From: a virus
Taxonomy: Duplodnaviria; Heunggongvirae; Uroviricota; Caudoviricetes
Virus record (IMG/VR): IMGVR_UViG_2850773344_000009
Strand: one strand, 5' to 3'
DNA length: 64,000 nucleotides
Made by a program: the position numbers and the translations under genes. Positions within the stretch are counted from its first letter, which is position 1; every line of letters begins with the position of its first letter. Shown here piece after piece: positions 1 through 9,727 of the stretch. The notes below the pieces were generated by a model that searched no databases, had not been told where the DNA came from, and was given only the letters and a program-made list of their open reading frames with translations.

Positions 1-398
1 TTGATGCCAGCGAGGTACAACCATCCCTCCTGTGTGGCAACATACGTCAGGTCCGCCACCCAGACCTGATTTGGTGCTGTAGGAGCGAACGTCTGGTTCA
101 GCAGATTTGGCGCAACTGGCAGATTGTGGTTCGGGTTCGTAGTCGCTCTGAACTTGCGTTTCTGCTTACAGCGTAGCCTCAGCTCCTTACGAAGACGTGC
201 CAGTCGGTCACGACCAACGATGATGCCATTCTCTGCCAGCTCCGTCTGGAGCCGCCGGGTTCCATATGTTTCGCGAGTGCGGATATGTGCCACCTTAATC
301 TCCAGTTTTAGCCGCTCATCACTTTGTTTTCTGTCTGAGGGTTCATGCTGTACCCAGTTGTAATAACCGCTCCTGGATACACCAAATACCTGACACAT
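1..398 (-). CDS. IS600 transposase OrfB, 5' part (continues beyond window edge)
   Basis: Mirror of the orfB reading frame seen at 41817..42254; no stop inside window. Confidence 0.7.
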   Translation of the reverse strand, partial: MCQVFGVSRSGYYNWVQHEPSDRKQSDERLKLEIKVAHIRTRETYGTRRLQTELAENGIIVGRDRLARLRKELRLRCKQKRKFRATTNPNHNLPVAPNLLNQTFAPTAPNQVWVADLTYVATQEGWLYLAGI

Positions 399-433
399 CG
401 CTTCAATGGGAAATTGTTGTCGCCATTGTTCGA

Positions 434-736
434 TTAACGCGTATTTTTCAGCGACTCCTGTGCAAAATACGCTGTTGCTTTTTTTAATATATCTCGCTCA
501 AGGCGAGCTTCATTTAACGCCTTACGCAGTTGCAGAATTTCAGATTCCAGTTCAGCCACCGTGCGGGAACCAGGAGTACCGAGCCCTTTTCTGGCGGCGG
601 TAACCCATTGTCCTAAAGTGCCTTCAGGAAGAGATAATCGGGAAGCGCCTTCACTGATCGAAAGTTGATTTTCAAGAACCGTTCTGACAGCTTCGGCTTT
701 GAACTCTTTAGAGTAACGTTGGGTTTTTCTGCTCAT
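434..736 (-). CDS. IS600 OrfA (HTH subunit of IS3-family transposase)
   Basis: 100-aa ORF MSRKTQRYSKEFKAEAVRTVLENQ..., identical to ORF at 41479..41781. Confidence 0.9.
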   Translation of the reverse strand: MSRKTQRYSKEFKAEAVRTVLENQLSISEGASRLSLPEGTLGQWVTAARKGLGTPGSRTVAELESEILQLRKALNEARLERDILKKATAYFAQESLKNTR

Positions 737-1252
737 TATTAGCTCCTTCTGATGCCATTCTATTTCAGGAAGGAGTGTCCGTTAAACTCAGGCTACCTCA
801 TTTATCCGTTAAAAGGGATATCAGTTAAGATATCCCGTGTAGGGTATAAGCCATTATCAAAGCCACTCTGTAGGGAATGGCTTTTGTGATGGCATCACTT
901 ACTCTTTACGCTGCTATCCCACTCATCCCGGAATTTTGATGGGTTATTGAAACCTTCTGCTGACATAACAACTTCTTCAATGTTTGGCTGAAATTAGGAT
1001 GTCTTTCCATCAGTCCGCCACCACAAAGAATCTTTTTTGCCATAAGGCAGGAGGTTCATCTTTCAGTGGCTGCCAGTGTTATTTCCCCACTTACTGGCTT
1101 GGGTTGTTTCGCGGTACTGCCGTAACTGGTTGCCCAGAATAAATTCCGGTTTCATTATCAAGCTCACCCATTGATGGGCTTTGTAATGGATAGCTGTTGC
1201 TCAGTTCTCGTAATGCTTTGATTTTTCCGATAACGCAGTTTTGCGTTTGCCA

Positions 1253-1774
1253 TCAGCAAGCGATATCGAGAGTCAACTGCAGTTGCTCGCGCCAGTACTC
1301 GACATTTGCTTCAATAACCGGCTTATCCCATCGCCAGCGAGCCATCTCTCTTGCCCCATTGCTGGCTTTTGATTTCCGGTCATCGCGAATGCGACATGCT
1401 TGCTCATATTTCTGCTGCTCAGTCAGTTCACCGCGAAGCAGACTATCAATGTGCAGGTCGCACCACACAGCAAAACGAGCATCACACCAACGGGCAAATG
1501 CAACTGAAAGTTTTGGATGTAGCCACGTACCACCACCCCTGTCCTTTCGTGCCTTGCTGGTTTTTACATACCTCGATTGTGAGGGATGTAAAATTTGAGA
1601 TTCTTTCCCGGTCAACGCTTCGTCTAAAGCACGAACGTATTCAAGCGTTTCTGCCAAACTCATCCAGTTATCAATGCGTTTCCCAAATCTCTCAGCAACA
1701 CCTGTGACGTTGATCCAACCATCAGTGTTGAAACTGACAATTTCACCTTTGTAATTAAGTGGCACGATATTCAT
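1253..1774 (-). CDS. KilA-N domain phage protein
   Basis: 173-aa ORF with GTWLHPKLSVAFARWCDARFAVW motif typical of KilA-N domains; lies just downstream of the lysis cassette. Confidence 0.6.
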   Translation of the reverse strand: MNIVPLNYKGEIVSFNTDGWINVTGVAERFGKRIDNWMSLAETLEYVRALDEALTGKESQILHPSQSRYVKTSKARKDRGGGTWLHPKLSVAFARWCDARFAVWCDLHIDSLLRGELTEQQKYEQACRIRDDRKSKASNGAREMARWRWDKPVIEANVEYWREQLQLTLDIAC

Positions 1775-1975
1775 AACGTTTACCTACCATTTGAAATGAA
1801 CCTTTGCCGCACAGAAAACCAGCCCACCGAGGCTCGCCAGCACTAACTGGTATCCTCAAAGGCCCATTCCAAAGGGGCAGGTTCGGTGTAAAAAACATGC
1901 GTTGCGGTACGCATTTATTGCAAAAAGCCCCGCATCGTGAGGCTCATTAAATGGACTTTGTGATTTGCAAAAAAA

Positions 1976-2413
1976 TTATTTCAGGCATTGCGTCCTGATG
2001 TATTCCTGCAGGTAGTTAACCTGCGCGGTTATCTTGTCGATTCCACTTCGGAGACGGTAATAATTGAGTTCAGCATCTGCTGTAAGTCCTGGGCTTTCTC
2101 CATCGCCCATGCCGCTGGCTCCGGTCTTTGACTTTGCACATGAGGCGGCGACTTGCAGCCGCTTACGCCCAGCAGAAACATCATCACGGAGACTTTCGAT
2201 AGTCGCGTTAGCATCAGCAAGCTCCTTTGTGTATCTGGCGTCAAGTTCTGCTACATCACGTTGACGCTTCTGCATGTCAGCGATTGTGGATGCGGCCTTA
2301 TCGCGCTGCTCTTTGTAGGTCATGGCGTTATCACGGTAATGATTAACCGCCCATGACAGACAGACGATGATGCAGATAACCAGAGCGGAGATAATCGCGG
2401 TTACTCTGCTCAT
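1976..2413 (-). CDS. Rz: Rz i-spanin (lambda-type)
   Basis: 145-aa [33 protein letters not shown]..., N-terminal TM segment, follows endolysin. Confidence 0.9.
   Translation of the reverse strand: MSRVTAIISALVICIIVCLSWAVNHYRDNAMTYKEQRDKAASTIADMQKRQRDVAELDARYTKELADANATIESLRDDVSAGRKRLQVAASCAKSKTGASGMGDGESPGLTADAELNYYRLRSGIDKITAQVNYLQEYIRTQCLK
2029..2214 (-). CDS. Rz1: Rz1 o-spanin lipoprotein embedded in +1 frame of Rz
   Basis: Embedded ORF with lipobox LLGVSGC and proline-rich tail; ATG confirmed at 2214 (plus-strand cat 2212..2214). Confidence 0.8.
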   Translation of the reverse strand: MLTRLSKVSVMMFLLGVSGCKSPPHVQSQRPEPAAWAMEKAQDLQQMLNSIITVSEVESTR

Positions 2414-2887
2414 ACCTCAATCTCTCTGACCGTTCCGCCTGCTTCTTTGAATTTTGCAATCAGGCTGTCAGCCTTATGCTCGAACTGACCATAACCAGCA
2501 CCCGGCAGTGAAGCCCAGATATTGCTGCAACGGTCGATTGCCTGACGGATATCACCGCGATCAATCATCGGCCAAAGCGCCACGTTCCTTAATCTGCTGC
2601 AGCGCAACAGCGTCTTGGCTTTTGGGAGAGAAGTCTTTCAGGCCAAGCTGCTTACGATAGGCATCCCACCAACGGGAAAGAAGCTGGTAACGTCCTGCTG
2701 CTGTTGATTTGAGTTTTGGGTTTAGCGTGACAAGTTTGCGAGGGTGATCGGAGTAATCGGTAAATAGCTCTCCGCCAACAATGACGTCATAACCATGATT
2801 TCTGGTTTTCTGACGTCCGTTATCAGTTCCCTCTGACCACGCCAGCATATCGAGGAACGCCTTACGTTGATTATTGATTTCCACCAT
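2410..2887 (-). pseudogene. R: Lambda-type endolysin R (lytic transglycosylase) split by a 1-bp frameshift near 2563..2566
   Basis: Two ORFs (2561..2887 and 2410..2607) together match lambda R; frame breaks between ...IKERGAL and PMIDRGD... where window reads ttggccgatg instead of expected ttgccgatg-like sequence. Confidence 0.8.
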
Positions 2888-3194
2888 CTTCTACTCCGGC
2901 TTTTTTAGCAGCGAAGCGTTTGATAAGCGAACCAATCGAGTCAGTACCGATGTAGCCGATGAACACGCTCGTTATATAAGCGAGATTGCTACTTAGTCCG
3001 GCGAAGTCGAGAAGGTCACGAATGAACCAGGCGATAATGGCGCACATCGTTGCGTCGATTACTGTTTTTGTAAACGCACCGCCATTATATCTGCCGCGAA
3101 GGTACGCCATTGCAAACGCAAGGATTGCCCCGATGCCTTGTTCCTTTGCCGCGAGAATGGCGGCTAACAGGTCATGTTTTTCTGGCATCTTCAT
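2871..3194 (-). CDS. S: Holin S (lambda S107/S105 dual-start holin)
   Basis: 107-aa [39 protein letters not shown]... recognised as lambda S; Met1-Lys2-Met3 dual start. Confidence 0.95.
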   Translation of the reverse strand: MKMPEKHDLLAAILAAKEQGIGAILAFAMAYLRGRYNGGAFTKTVIDATMCAIIAWFIRDLLDFAGLSSNLAYITSVFIGYIGTDSIGSLIKRFAAKKAGVEDGGNQ

Positions 3195-3590
3195 GTCTTA
3201 CCCCCAATAAGGGGATTTGCTCTATTTAATTAGGAATAAGGTCGATTACTGATAGAACAAATCCAGGCTACTGTGTTTAGTAATCAGATTTGTTCGTGAC
3301 CGATATGCACGGGCAAAACGGCAGGAGGTTGTTAGCGCAACCTCTTGCCACCCGCTTTCACGAAGGTCATGTGTAGAAGGCCGCAGCGTAACTATTACTG
3401 ATGAATTCAGGATAGCCAGTGGCTACGGCTCAGTTTGGGTTGTGCTGTTGCTGGGCGGCGATGACGCCTGTACGCATTTGTTGATCCGGTTCTGCTTCCG
3501 GTATTCGCTTAATTCAGCACAACGGAAAGAGCACTCGGTGCATTTAAGCCAAGCCCCATAAGGGAGAATGCTCTTACCTGTTACACAGAT

Positions 3591-3657
3591 ATAAAAAATC
3601 CCGAAACCGTTATGCAGGCTCTAACTATTACCTGCGAACTGTTTCGGGATTGCATTT
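3591..3657 (-). terminator. tR' late terminator (end of 6S leader RNA)
   Basis: Minus-strand hairpin atcccgaaac...gtttcgggat followed by a T-run; region matches remembered lambda pR'-tR' sequence. Confidence 0.7.
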
Positions 3658-3754
3658 TGCAGACCTCTCAGCCTGCGATGGTTGGAGTTCCAGACGATAC
3701 GTCGAAGTGACCAACTAGGCGGAATCGGTAGTAAGCGCCGCCTCTTTTCATCTC

Positions 3755-3800
3755 ACTACCACAACGAGCGAATTAACCCATCGTTGGGTCAAATTTACCC
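3755..3800 (-). promoter_or_regulatory. Late promoter pR' / qut region downstream of Q
   Basis: Minus strand reads aaatttgacccaacgatgggttaattcgctcgttg, near-identical to remembered lambda pR' region (TTGACT in lambda). Confidence 0.55.
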
Positions 3801-3862
3801 AACTTTATTCAAAAAGTCAATATCATGCCGTTAATATGTTGCCATCCGTGGCAATCATGCTG

Positions 3863-4486
3863 CTAACGTGTGACCGCATTCAAAATGTTGTCTGCGATTG
3901 ACTCTTCTTTGTGGCATTGCACCACCAGAGCGTCATACAGCGGCTTAACAGTGCGTGACCAGGTGGGTTGGGTAAGATTTGGGATTAGCATCGTCACAGC
4001 GCGATATGCGGCGCTTGCTGGCATCCTTGAATAGCCGACACCTTTGCATCTTCCGCATTCTTTCTCAACAACTCTCCCCCACTGCTCTGTTTTTGCTATA
4101 TCAACCGCACGGCCTGTACCGTGACAATCTCTGCATCTTGCGCCAGGCGTCGCGGCACTACGGCAATAATCCGCATAAGCGAATGTTGCGAGCACTTGCA
4201 GTACCTTTGCCTTAGTATTTCCTTCGAGCTTTGCCACACCACGGTATTTCCCCGATACCTTGTGTGCAAATTGCATCAGATAGTTGATAGCCTTTTGTTT
4301 GTCGTTCTGGCTGAGTTCGTGCTTACCACAGAATGCAGCCATTCCGAATCCGGCTTGTGATTGCGCCATCCCCATAGCAGCCATCACATCAGTACCGGAA
4401 AGAGAGTCAGAAGCCGTAGCCCGTGGTGAGTCGCTCATCATCGGGCTTTTTGGCGAATGAAATTTAGCTACACTTTCGAGTCTCAT
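3863..4486 (-). CDS. Q: Late antiterminator Q (lambda-type)
   Basis: 207-aa ORF MRLESVAKFHSPKSPMMSDSPRATASDSLSG... recognised as lambda Q. Confidence 0.95.
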   Translation of the reverse strand: MRLESVAKFHSPKSPMMSDSPRATASDSLSGTDVMAAMGMAQSQAGFGMAAFCGKHELSQNDKQKAINYLMQFAHKVSGKYRGVAKLEGNTKAKVLQVLATFAYADYCRSAATPGARCRDCHGTGRAVDIAKTEQWGRVVEKECGRCKGVGYSRMPASAAYRAVTMLIPNLTQPTWSRTVKPLYDALVVQCHKEESIADNILNAVTR

Positions 4487-4671
4487 GGTCTACCCCTCTT
4501 GCCCTGTTTGACCATCAGGACGCCGTTAACTATTACGTGACGCTCACCTTTGCTGTCTCGGTTGTACTTGAGCACTGTTCCTCTTGCACAGGAAAGCATC
4601 CTCGCCACTTCGGTCTGATTGCCTCGTGTCTGGATAAGAAGCTCTGGTATCGTTTGAATTGTGGCGTTCAT
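4483..4671 (-). CDS. NinH-like protein
   Basis: 62-aa ORF with GNQTEVARML.C.RGTV.KY motif resembling lambda NinH; position just upstream of Q. Confidence 0.6.
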   Translation of the reverse strand: MNATIQTIPELLIQTRGNQTEVARMLSCARGTVLKYNRDSKGERHVIVNGVLMVKQGKRGRP

Positions 4672-5030
4672 ACGTTCTCCAGTTCGGTGATTTTTATTCC
4701 AAGCCGTCCGCCTGGTACTTTCACACCACGAATTACGCGAATGTCATCGAATTGCTCGTCGTCTTCCGCAAATCCGGCGTGGATAAGGGAGTCGAGTAAA
4801 CCTTTCAGGATGTTATCGAGGTCGCGGCGGCGGGAGTCTGGAACGTCTGCGATGACTTTGATGCGGAGTCGTGATTTGGTGAAAATGTCTAACTTAAGTT
4901 GGCGGATGATTTGCTGAACGTCTTTTCGGTATTTCTGACCTTTATCGCTGATGTAATATTGGCTTCCCCGTCTTCGCCAGTAGGTATTCACCGACGGCGG
5001 GTATGGAAGCACAAACCGATATTCATTCAT
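4668..5030 (-). CDS. rusA: RusA-family Holliday junction resolvase
   Basis: 120-aa ORF with PDSRRRDLDN catalytic motif and overall RusA-like layout. Confidence 0.85.
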   Translation of the reverse strand: MNEYRFVLPYPPSVNTYWRRRGSQYYISDKGQKYRKDVQQIIRQLKLDIFTKSRLRIKVIADVPDSRRRDLDNILKGLLDSLIHAGFAEDDEQFDDIRVIRGVKVPGGRLGIKITELENV

Positions 5031-5317
5031 GACTTAACCTTCCCCTCCTTCAGCAATACCGCCTGCGTCCTGATTACGCCTTCGAGGTGGTAAAGTCTGG
5101 CGTCTTTGTTGTCGATATTATGGGTGCGTCGGTCGATTTCATCGTGACACGCGCTACAAGCCCATGCGCCGATCATGTCGTCAGGCTTCATTCCCGTTCC
5201 GCAAATTCCAGCCATCCGGTAATGTGCCAGAACTGTAGTTTCAGGATTACCATTGCATACGCCGTAAATACGTACCTGGCATTCTCTGCCGCGTGCTTCT
5301 TTGCGTAGATTAGCCAT
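5027..5317 (-). CDS. Cys/His-rich phage protein of nin region (DUF1364-like)
   Basis: 96-aa ORF with CxxC...HxxxC...CxxCH pattern; family assignment from memory only. Confidence 0.45.
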   Translation of the reverse strand: MANLRKEARGRECQVRIYGVCNGNPETTVLAHYRMAGICGTGMKPDDMIGAWACSACHDEIDRRTHNIDNKDARLYHLEGVIRTQAVLLKEGKVKS

Positions 5318-6039
5318 TAAGCAGCCTCCCCTGTTACTTTCAGCATTCCGTTATCGAGCAGCTTTCTGGTCAGCCACTGTTGACCACGCCCGGTGATTTT
5401 TGTGGTGAACGATATCTGTATTCCGTGATTTGTGTTGACCGCTGTTTCTTTCACTGTGAAATAGCCGCGATCCATATATTCCTGCATTGGCACATTGCGC
5501 CGGGTACCTGAAGCAATAAGGATTTTGTGATCGCGCATCCACGCAAACAGTTTGTTTGGACCAATACCGACAACCTTTGCAAAGTTTCCAATCAAAATTC
5601 CGCTGGCCTCGCCAACGCGATCGGCAAACTCAACTTTAGGTGCGGCAATTGCGAGCTGGTTTTCCAGTTGCATTTTCTGCTCAGCAAGGTCAGCAGCAAG
5701 GCGCAACGCTTCTGGTAGCGTTTTTGGGATATTAACCGCAGATTCTTCAAGCTCTCGCCAACGGTCAACAAGACGAGCGGTGAATTCCGGCGACAACTGG
5801 GCTACAACGACAATACTGTCTCGCTTTCCTTGTTCGCCTTCGAATACATACACACAAAAACTTTGATTTAAGCCTAACCCATTGATTCTTCCACAATCCT
5901 CAATTTGAGGAAGCCGGATAACACCATTTTTAGCCAGCGTTTCGATGGTACGTTTCACATTGTCATGACGCTTACCCACCAACTCAGCGATTTCAATGCT
6001 TGTCATTTTGATGACATTGCCATTTATTAACTCATTCAT
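5317..6039 (-). CDS. Phage antirepressor (Rha-like N-terminus, KilAC-like C-terminus)
   Basis: 240-aa ORF; N-terminal MTSIEIAELVGKRHDNVKRTIETL pattern typical of Rha/Ant proteins. Confidence 0.65.
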   Translation of the reverse strand: MNELINGNVIKMTSIEIAELVGKRHDNVKRTIETLAKNGVIRLPQIEDCGRINGLGLNQSFCVYVFEGEQGKRDSIVVVAQLSPEFTARLVDRWRELEESAVNIPKTLPEALRLAADLAEQKMQLENQLAIAAPKVEFADRVGEASGILIGNFAKVVGIGPNKLFAWMRDHKILIASGTRRNVPMQEYMDRGYFTVKETAVNTNHGIQISFTTKITGRGQQWLTRKLLDNGMLKVTGEAA

Positions 6040-6208
6040 CGTCTTCTTCCTCGTACATTGAGCTATTCGGATCGCTCATCAGTTCTGTACAGCAGTGCTC
6101 ACACACGTGAACTTCCAGCACATGCAGCTTCTGACCGCAGTTAGCGCACGTTAAAGCCCGCTCGACGCTTTCTTTCTGGTATTGAATGGATTGGGATGGG
6201 CTAAGCAT
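6032..6208 (-). CDS. ninF: NinF
   Basis: From internal ATG (plus cat 6206..6208): [40 protein letters not shown]..., recognised as lambda NinF. Confidence 0.8.
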   Translation of the reverse strand: MLSPSQSIQYQKESVERALTCANCGQKLHVLEVHVCEHCCTELMSDPNSSMYEEEDDE

Positions 6209-6644
6209 GGCTTTCACCATTAAAAAGTCGCTTGTAAGCATCAATGTCTCGTTTTGCTTCACCGAGCTTTCGTCTTAATTCCATGTTTTCTGATTCAAGC
6301 TTTTCCATGTCTTGTTGGTATCGATCGCGGTGTTCTTTCCATGCTTTTTGATACGCCTTTATGTATGTCAGGTTGGCCTTTCTCTTTGCCTGACGAACTG
6401 CGTGGTGGTTTTTCACAAACCAGTCAGGGTCGTTAAATGCTGCTCTGGCGCATGTATACCAATAATTTGTTGCCTCCCTGTTTAGCCAATAAATACTGAT
6501 AAATGGCAACCGGATAGACACCATTTTTCGTTGTGACTCTTTCTCGCCAAACATGTGGCCTTTTTTGATGCTAAGTCCAAATCCAGGTTGAATTAAAAGC
6601 ATTGTCATTTCCTCGCACGATGTCTTAGCCACCGGATATCCCAC
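6201..6644 (-). CDS. Hypothetical nin-region protein (occupies the ninX position between ninE and ninF)
   Basis: 147-aa ORF, true start uncertain; basic/coiled-coil C-terminus; no domain recognised. Confidence 0.4.
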   Translation of the reverse strand: MGYPVAKTSCEEMTMLLIQPGFGLSIKKGHMFGEKESQRKMVSIRLPFISIYWLNREATNYWYTCARAAFNDPDWFVKNHHAVRQAKRKANLTYIKAYQKAWKEHRDRYQQDMEKLESENMELRRKLGEAKRDIDAYKRLFNGESHA

Positions 6645-6781
6645 AGGTGAGCCGTGTAGTTGAAGGTTTTTACGTCAGATTCTTTTGGGATTGGCTTGCG
6701 TTTATTTCTGGAGCGTTTCGTTGGAAGGTATTTGCAGTTTTCGCAGATTATGTCGGTGATGCTTCGTCGCTGTCGTCTCAT
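6605..6781 (-). CDS. ninE: NinE
   Basis: From internal ATG (plus cat 6779..6781): [27 protein letters not shown]..., recognised as lambda NinE. Confidence 0.8.
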   Translation of the reverse strand: MRRQRRSITDIICENCKYLPTKRSRNKRKPIPKESDVKTFNYTAHLWDIRWLRHRARK

Positions 6782-7218
6782 GCCGCCCTGTCTCCCCATC
6801 TTGCTTTCCACTCCAGAGCCAGTCGCGCTTCGTCTGACCACTTAACGCCACGCTCTGTACCGAATGCCTGTATAAGCTCTAATAGCTCCGCAAATTCGCT
6901 TACACGCATCCTGCTGGTTGACTGGCCTATTACCACAAAGCCATTCCCGGCAAGGTTAGGAACAACGTCCTGCTGCTTTAATGCTGCGGTAAACACACAC
7001 TTCCAGCTTTCTGCATCCAGCCAGCGACCATGCCATTCAACCTGACGAGAGACGTCACCAAGGCAAGCCCAAAGCTTCCGATTTTGGTCTAAGCTGCGGT
7101 TGCGTTCCTGAATGGTTACTACGATTGGTTTGGTTGGGTCTGGAAGGATTTGCTGTACTGCGTGAATAGCGTTTTGCTGATGTGCTGGAGATCGAATTTC
7201 AAAGGTTAGTTTTTTCAT
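6778..7218 (-). CDS. ninB: NinB (Orf-family recombination mediator)
   Basis: [50 protein letters not shown]... recognised as lambda NinB; ATG at 7218. Confidence 0.9.
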   Translation of the reverse strand: MKKLTFEIRSPAHQQNAIHAVQQILPDPTKPIVVTIQERNRSLDQNRKLWACLGDVSRQVEWHGRWLDAESWKCVFTAALKQQDVVPNLAGNGFVVIGQSTSRMRVSEFAELLELIQAFGTERGVKWSDEARLALEWKARWGDRAA

Positions 7219-7294
7219 GACTTCCCTCTCCCCCAAATAAAAAGGCCTGCTATTACCAGCAGGCCTGTTACAAGCTCAGTGATGTAGATGGTCA

Positions 7295-8746
7295 TCAGAA
7301 TCCTCCTTTCTTCTTGGACTGCGGTTCCTCGCGTTCACGGCGGCGCATTTCAGCAGACTGTTGGTCTGTGTCATAAATAGCGCCATTTGCCTGAATGCAA
7401 TACACCGTGCCGGTATTGCCATGACGATTGAGACGAAGGATTAGTTCGGTTTCACCAGGAGGAACGCTGTCATCAAAAGCACCTTCCCGATGGATCCCAA
7501 CCCAATAATCGCAATCCTGTTCAATCTGCCCTGTATCTCGTGAGTCACTTGGTAATGGGCGTTTATTGGTTCGGCTTTCCAGTGCGCGGTTAAGCTGTGT
7601 CAGAAGCACAACAACGCAATCAAGCTCTTTGGCAAGGTTCTTCAGTCCTTTGGTGATCATGCCGTAAGCAAGGTCGTTGCGATCGGCCTTCTCAGCGGTC
7701 ATTAGTGTCAGGTAATCGACCAGAATCATGCCAACACATCCTTTTTCTCGCTTGATTCGACGGCTTTCGCTGACGATTTGAGCCAGAGATAATCCCGGCG
7801 TGTCGTCGATGTAAAGCAGGTCGATTTCACTCAAGCGATTGGCTGTTTCGATCGCCCTGTTGAAGTCACCATCGTAATCACCCTGATAGCCGTCATCAGC
7901 GTCATTTGTCGCCGGAAGGTAAAAAATATTCGGGTTAACACCAGACTTCTGCCCTACCAGTTTTTCCAGTATCTGGTCACCTGGCATTTCAAGGCTGAAC
8001 ATAAGAGCGGGCTTTTTCTCATGCACTGCGCAGTTGATTGCCATCTGGCTGTATAGCGTCGTTTTCCCCATCTTAGGGCGAGCGCCAATGACAAACAGAG
8101 AGCCTTTCACCAGACCTTTCGGTGACAGCATCCTGTCCAGCGATGGGATCCCTGTGCTCATTCCTCGTTGTTCACCTGACGGGTCAAATCGCTTCTCAAG
8201 GTCGCTAACCCAGTCTTCCATGACCTCACCAAATGAGCGAAGGCCGCGACGCGATCCGGTTTTTGCATGGTCTGTCAGTTGCGTGAAAATCGCCTGAATA
8301 GCTTCGTACTTCTGCGTTGCAGTCATTCCGTTGCGGGAATAGAGCAATTCCGTCGCTTCAGTCATGCGGTTGATGGCGTAGCGTTCCATTGCGGTTTCAC
8401 GAACCTGCATTGCATAGGCAACGATATTTGCTGCGCTTGGCGTGTTCTTTGCGATCTCAGCGATATAAGCAAAACCGCCAACAGAAGCCGTTAACGATTT
8501 ACGCTCCAGTTCATCGAAAAGCGTCAGGCCATCTACTGGCTTTTGCTCACGGTGCATTCTGGTTATTTCTTCGAAAATGATTTTGTGTGGTCGGCTGTAA
8601 AATGAATCAGGCTTCAGCATCGCCAGAACTTTCTGGACGCGCTCACTGCTGTCATCATCCAGAAGCAATCCACCAATCACCGCCTGCTCTGCCTCGATGC
8701 TATGGGGCGGCGCATAAAAATTATCGGTCATCGTGTTCACCCTCAC
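7295..8746 (-). CDS. Replicative DNA helicase (DnaB family; P22 gene 12-like)
   Basis: 483-aa ORF with DnaB-like N-terminal domain and RecA-like ATPase motifs (GARPKMGKT Walker A). Confidence 0.9.
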   Translation of the reverse strand: MRVNTMTDNFYAPPHSIEAEQAVIGGLLLDDDSSERVQKVLAMLKPDSFYSRPHKIIFEEITRMHREQKPVDGLTLFDELERKSLTASVGGFAYIAEIAKNTPSAANIVAYAMQVRETAMERYAINRMTEATELLYSRNGMTATQKYEAIQAIFTQLTDHAKTGSRRGLRSFGEVMEDWVSDLEKRFDPSGEQRGMSTGIPSLDRMLSPKGLVKGSLFVIGARPKMGKTTLYSQMAINCAVHEKKPALMFSLEMPGDQILEKLVGQKSGVNPNIFYLPATNDADDGYQGDYDGDFNRAIETANRLSEIDLLYIDDTPGLSLAQIVSESRRIKREKGCVGMILVDYLTLMTAEKADRNDLAYGMITKGLKNLAKELDCVVVLLTQLNRALESRTNKRPLPSDSRDTGQIEQDCDYWVGIHREGAFDDSVPPGETELILRLNRHGNTGTVYCIQANGAIYDTDQQSAEMRRREREEPQSKKKGGF

Positions 8747-9545
8747 GAACTTTCAGGTAGGTATTATCGTTAAGCAGGAAATCAAATCCCTTTTTGTGCC
8801 AGACAGTTCCGCGTTGATGGTTTGGACGCTCTTCGAACATCCATCGACAATTTTCGCCTACGTAGCTCAAATAATTTCTCCAGTCCTGCATCGTGAACCC
8901 ATGTCCGTCAAGCTGGCGGGTTATCACTCCGGCTTTGCGCCAGAACGTTCGGATCTGGTTTTTACGCTTGTCATTCAGTGCGCGGATTCTTGGCGCTTCA
9001 GGAAGGATTTCGTGGTAAGCATCGACAACATCCTGACAGCTGACGGAAGGTTTTTTCTTGTTAGACTTTTTGTCTGCTGTGGCACTCTCTAATACGTCAG
9101 TATTAGAGATATTATTTATATTATTGTTTATGGACAACCGTTGGACAACCGTTGGACAATTTTTTGCCTGAAAATCGTCATATTTAACGATTGTAAACAG
9201 GCTAAATTTCTTCCCCATCGAGCAAATATTAAGCATCCCTTTCGACTCAAAAGTCCGTAATAAGCTCCGAACTTTGTTGTCGGGGATGAATGTTTCTCTG
9301 ACCAGCGACGGGCGTCCAGTTATCATCTGACCGCGATCAACAGTTATCGGACCGATATCCGTATTGACGACAGTAGATTCGTGATTAGCCTTGAGGATTA
9401 AGTGAAGCCAAAGATGTACTGCCTGAGAGTCCTTATAGAGCCTGCTGTCCATAAACTGGCGGTGTATAGAGACATACCCCATACTGGATGCCTCCTGATG
9501 TTGTACAGGGTTATGCCTGTAATCAGCTAACTTAACGACGCCCAT
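8721..9545 (-). CDS. Replication initiator (lambda O / P22 gene 18 functional analogue) containing ori iterons
   Basis: 274-aa ORF immediately upstream of helicase gene; iterons and AT-rich tract inside the coding sequence. Confidence 0.65.
   Translation of the reverse strand: MGVVKLADYRHNPVQHQEASSMGYVSIHRQFMDSRLYKDSQAVHLWLHLILKANHESTVVNTDIGPITVDRGQMITGRPSLVRETFIPDNKVRSLLRTFESKGMLNICSMGKKFSLFTIVKYDDFQAKNCPTVVQRLSINNNINNISNTDVLESATADKKSNKKKPSVSCQDVVDAYHEILPEAPRIRALNDKRKNQIRTFWRKAGVITRQLDGHGFTMQDWRNYLSYVGENCRWMFEERPNHQRGTVWHKKGFDFLLNDNTYLKVREGEHDDR
9131..9160. repeat. Putative phage origin iterons: tggacaaccgt x2 plus tggacaat, flanked by AT-rich tract 9100..9130
   Basis: Direct tandem repeats read in sequence inside the O-like gene, as in lambda ori. 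Confidence 0.6.
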
Positions 9546-9727
9546 GTTTCACTCCTGCTTTGGCTAGTCTGTAAACACCAACAAGGCGCTCTGCGAACGC
9601 CCTGTTATTTGCTGCGGCTACCACTAATCCCTCAGGTGAATCAGGGTGTCGAATCTCTTCTTTTTCCTGGTATTTCTTACGACGTTTTGTCATAATTACT
9701 CCCGTGGATTGATCCAGTCTTTCTACA

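Larger units (their letters stand above)
1..800 (-). mobile_element. IS600 (IS3 family), partial copy running off the window start; left terminal repeat ends at 800
   Basis: 1..800 is the reverse complement of 41415..42214; OrfA translation recognised as IS600 OrfA; terminus tgaggtagcctgagtttaacgg (read on minus strand). Confidence 0.9.

Noticed and set aside
124-363. 79-aa ORF on plus strand (and its twin at 41852..42091)
   Set aside because: Lies antisense within IS600 orfB; shadow ORF of the transposase frame.
801-1252. Possible small terminase or cos region between IS600 and the KilA-N gene
   Set aside because: No ORF over about 30 codons with a plausible start in either strand and no recognisable cos-like sequence; left unannotated.
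3195-3862. Possible toxin or tRNA cargo between Q and S (as in Stx phages)
   Set aside because: The interval matches the lambda pR'/6S/tR' leader essentially base for base as I recall it and contains no additional ORF or tRNA-like structure.
9131-9160. Short tandem repeats that might suggest a CRISPR array
   Set aside because: Only about three copies of an 11-bp unit with no spacers and lying inside a replication initiator gene; fits origin iterons, not CRISPR.
9546-9727. 48-codon minus-strand ORF between cII and the initiator gene (MTKRRKKYQEKEEIRHPDSPEG...)
   Set aside because: Not implausible, but no RBS checked and no homolog recognised; too weak to list as a feature.
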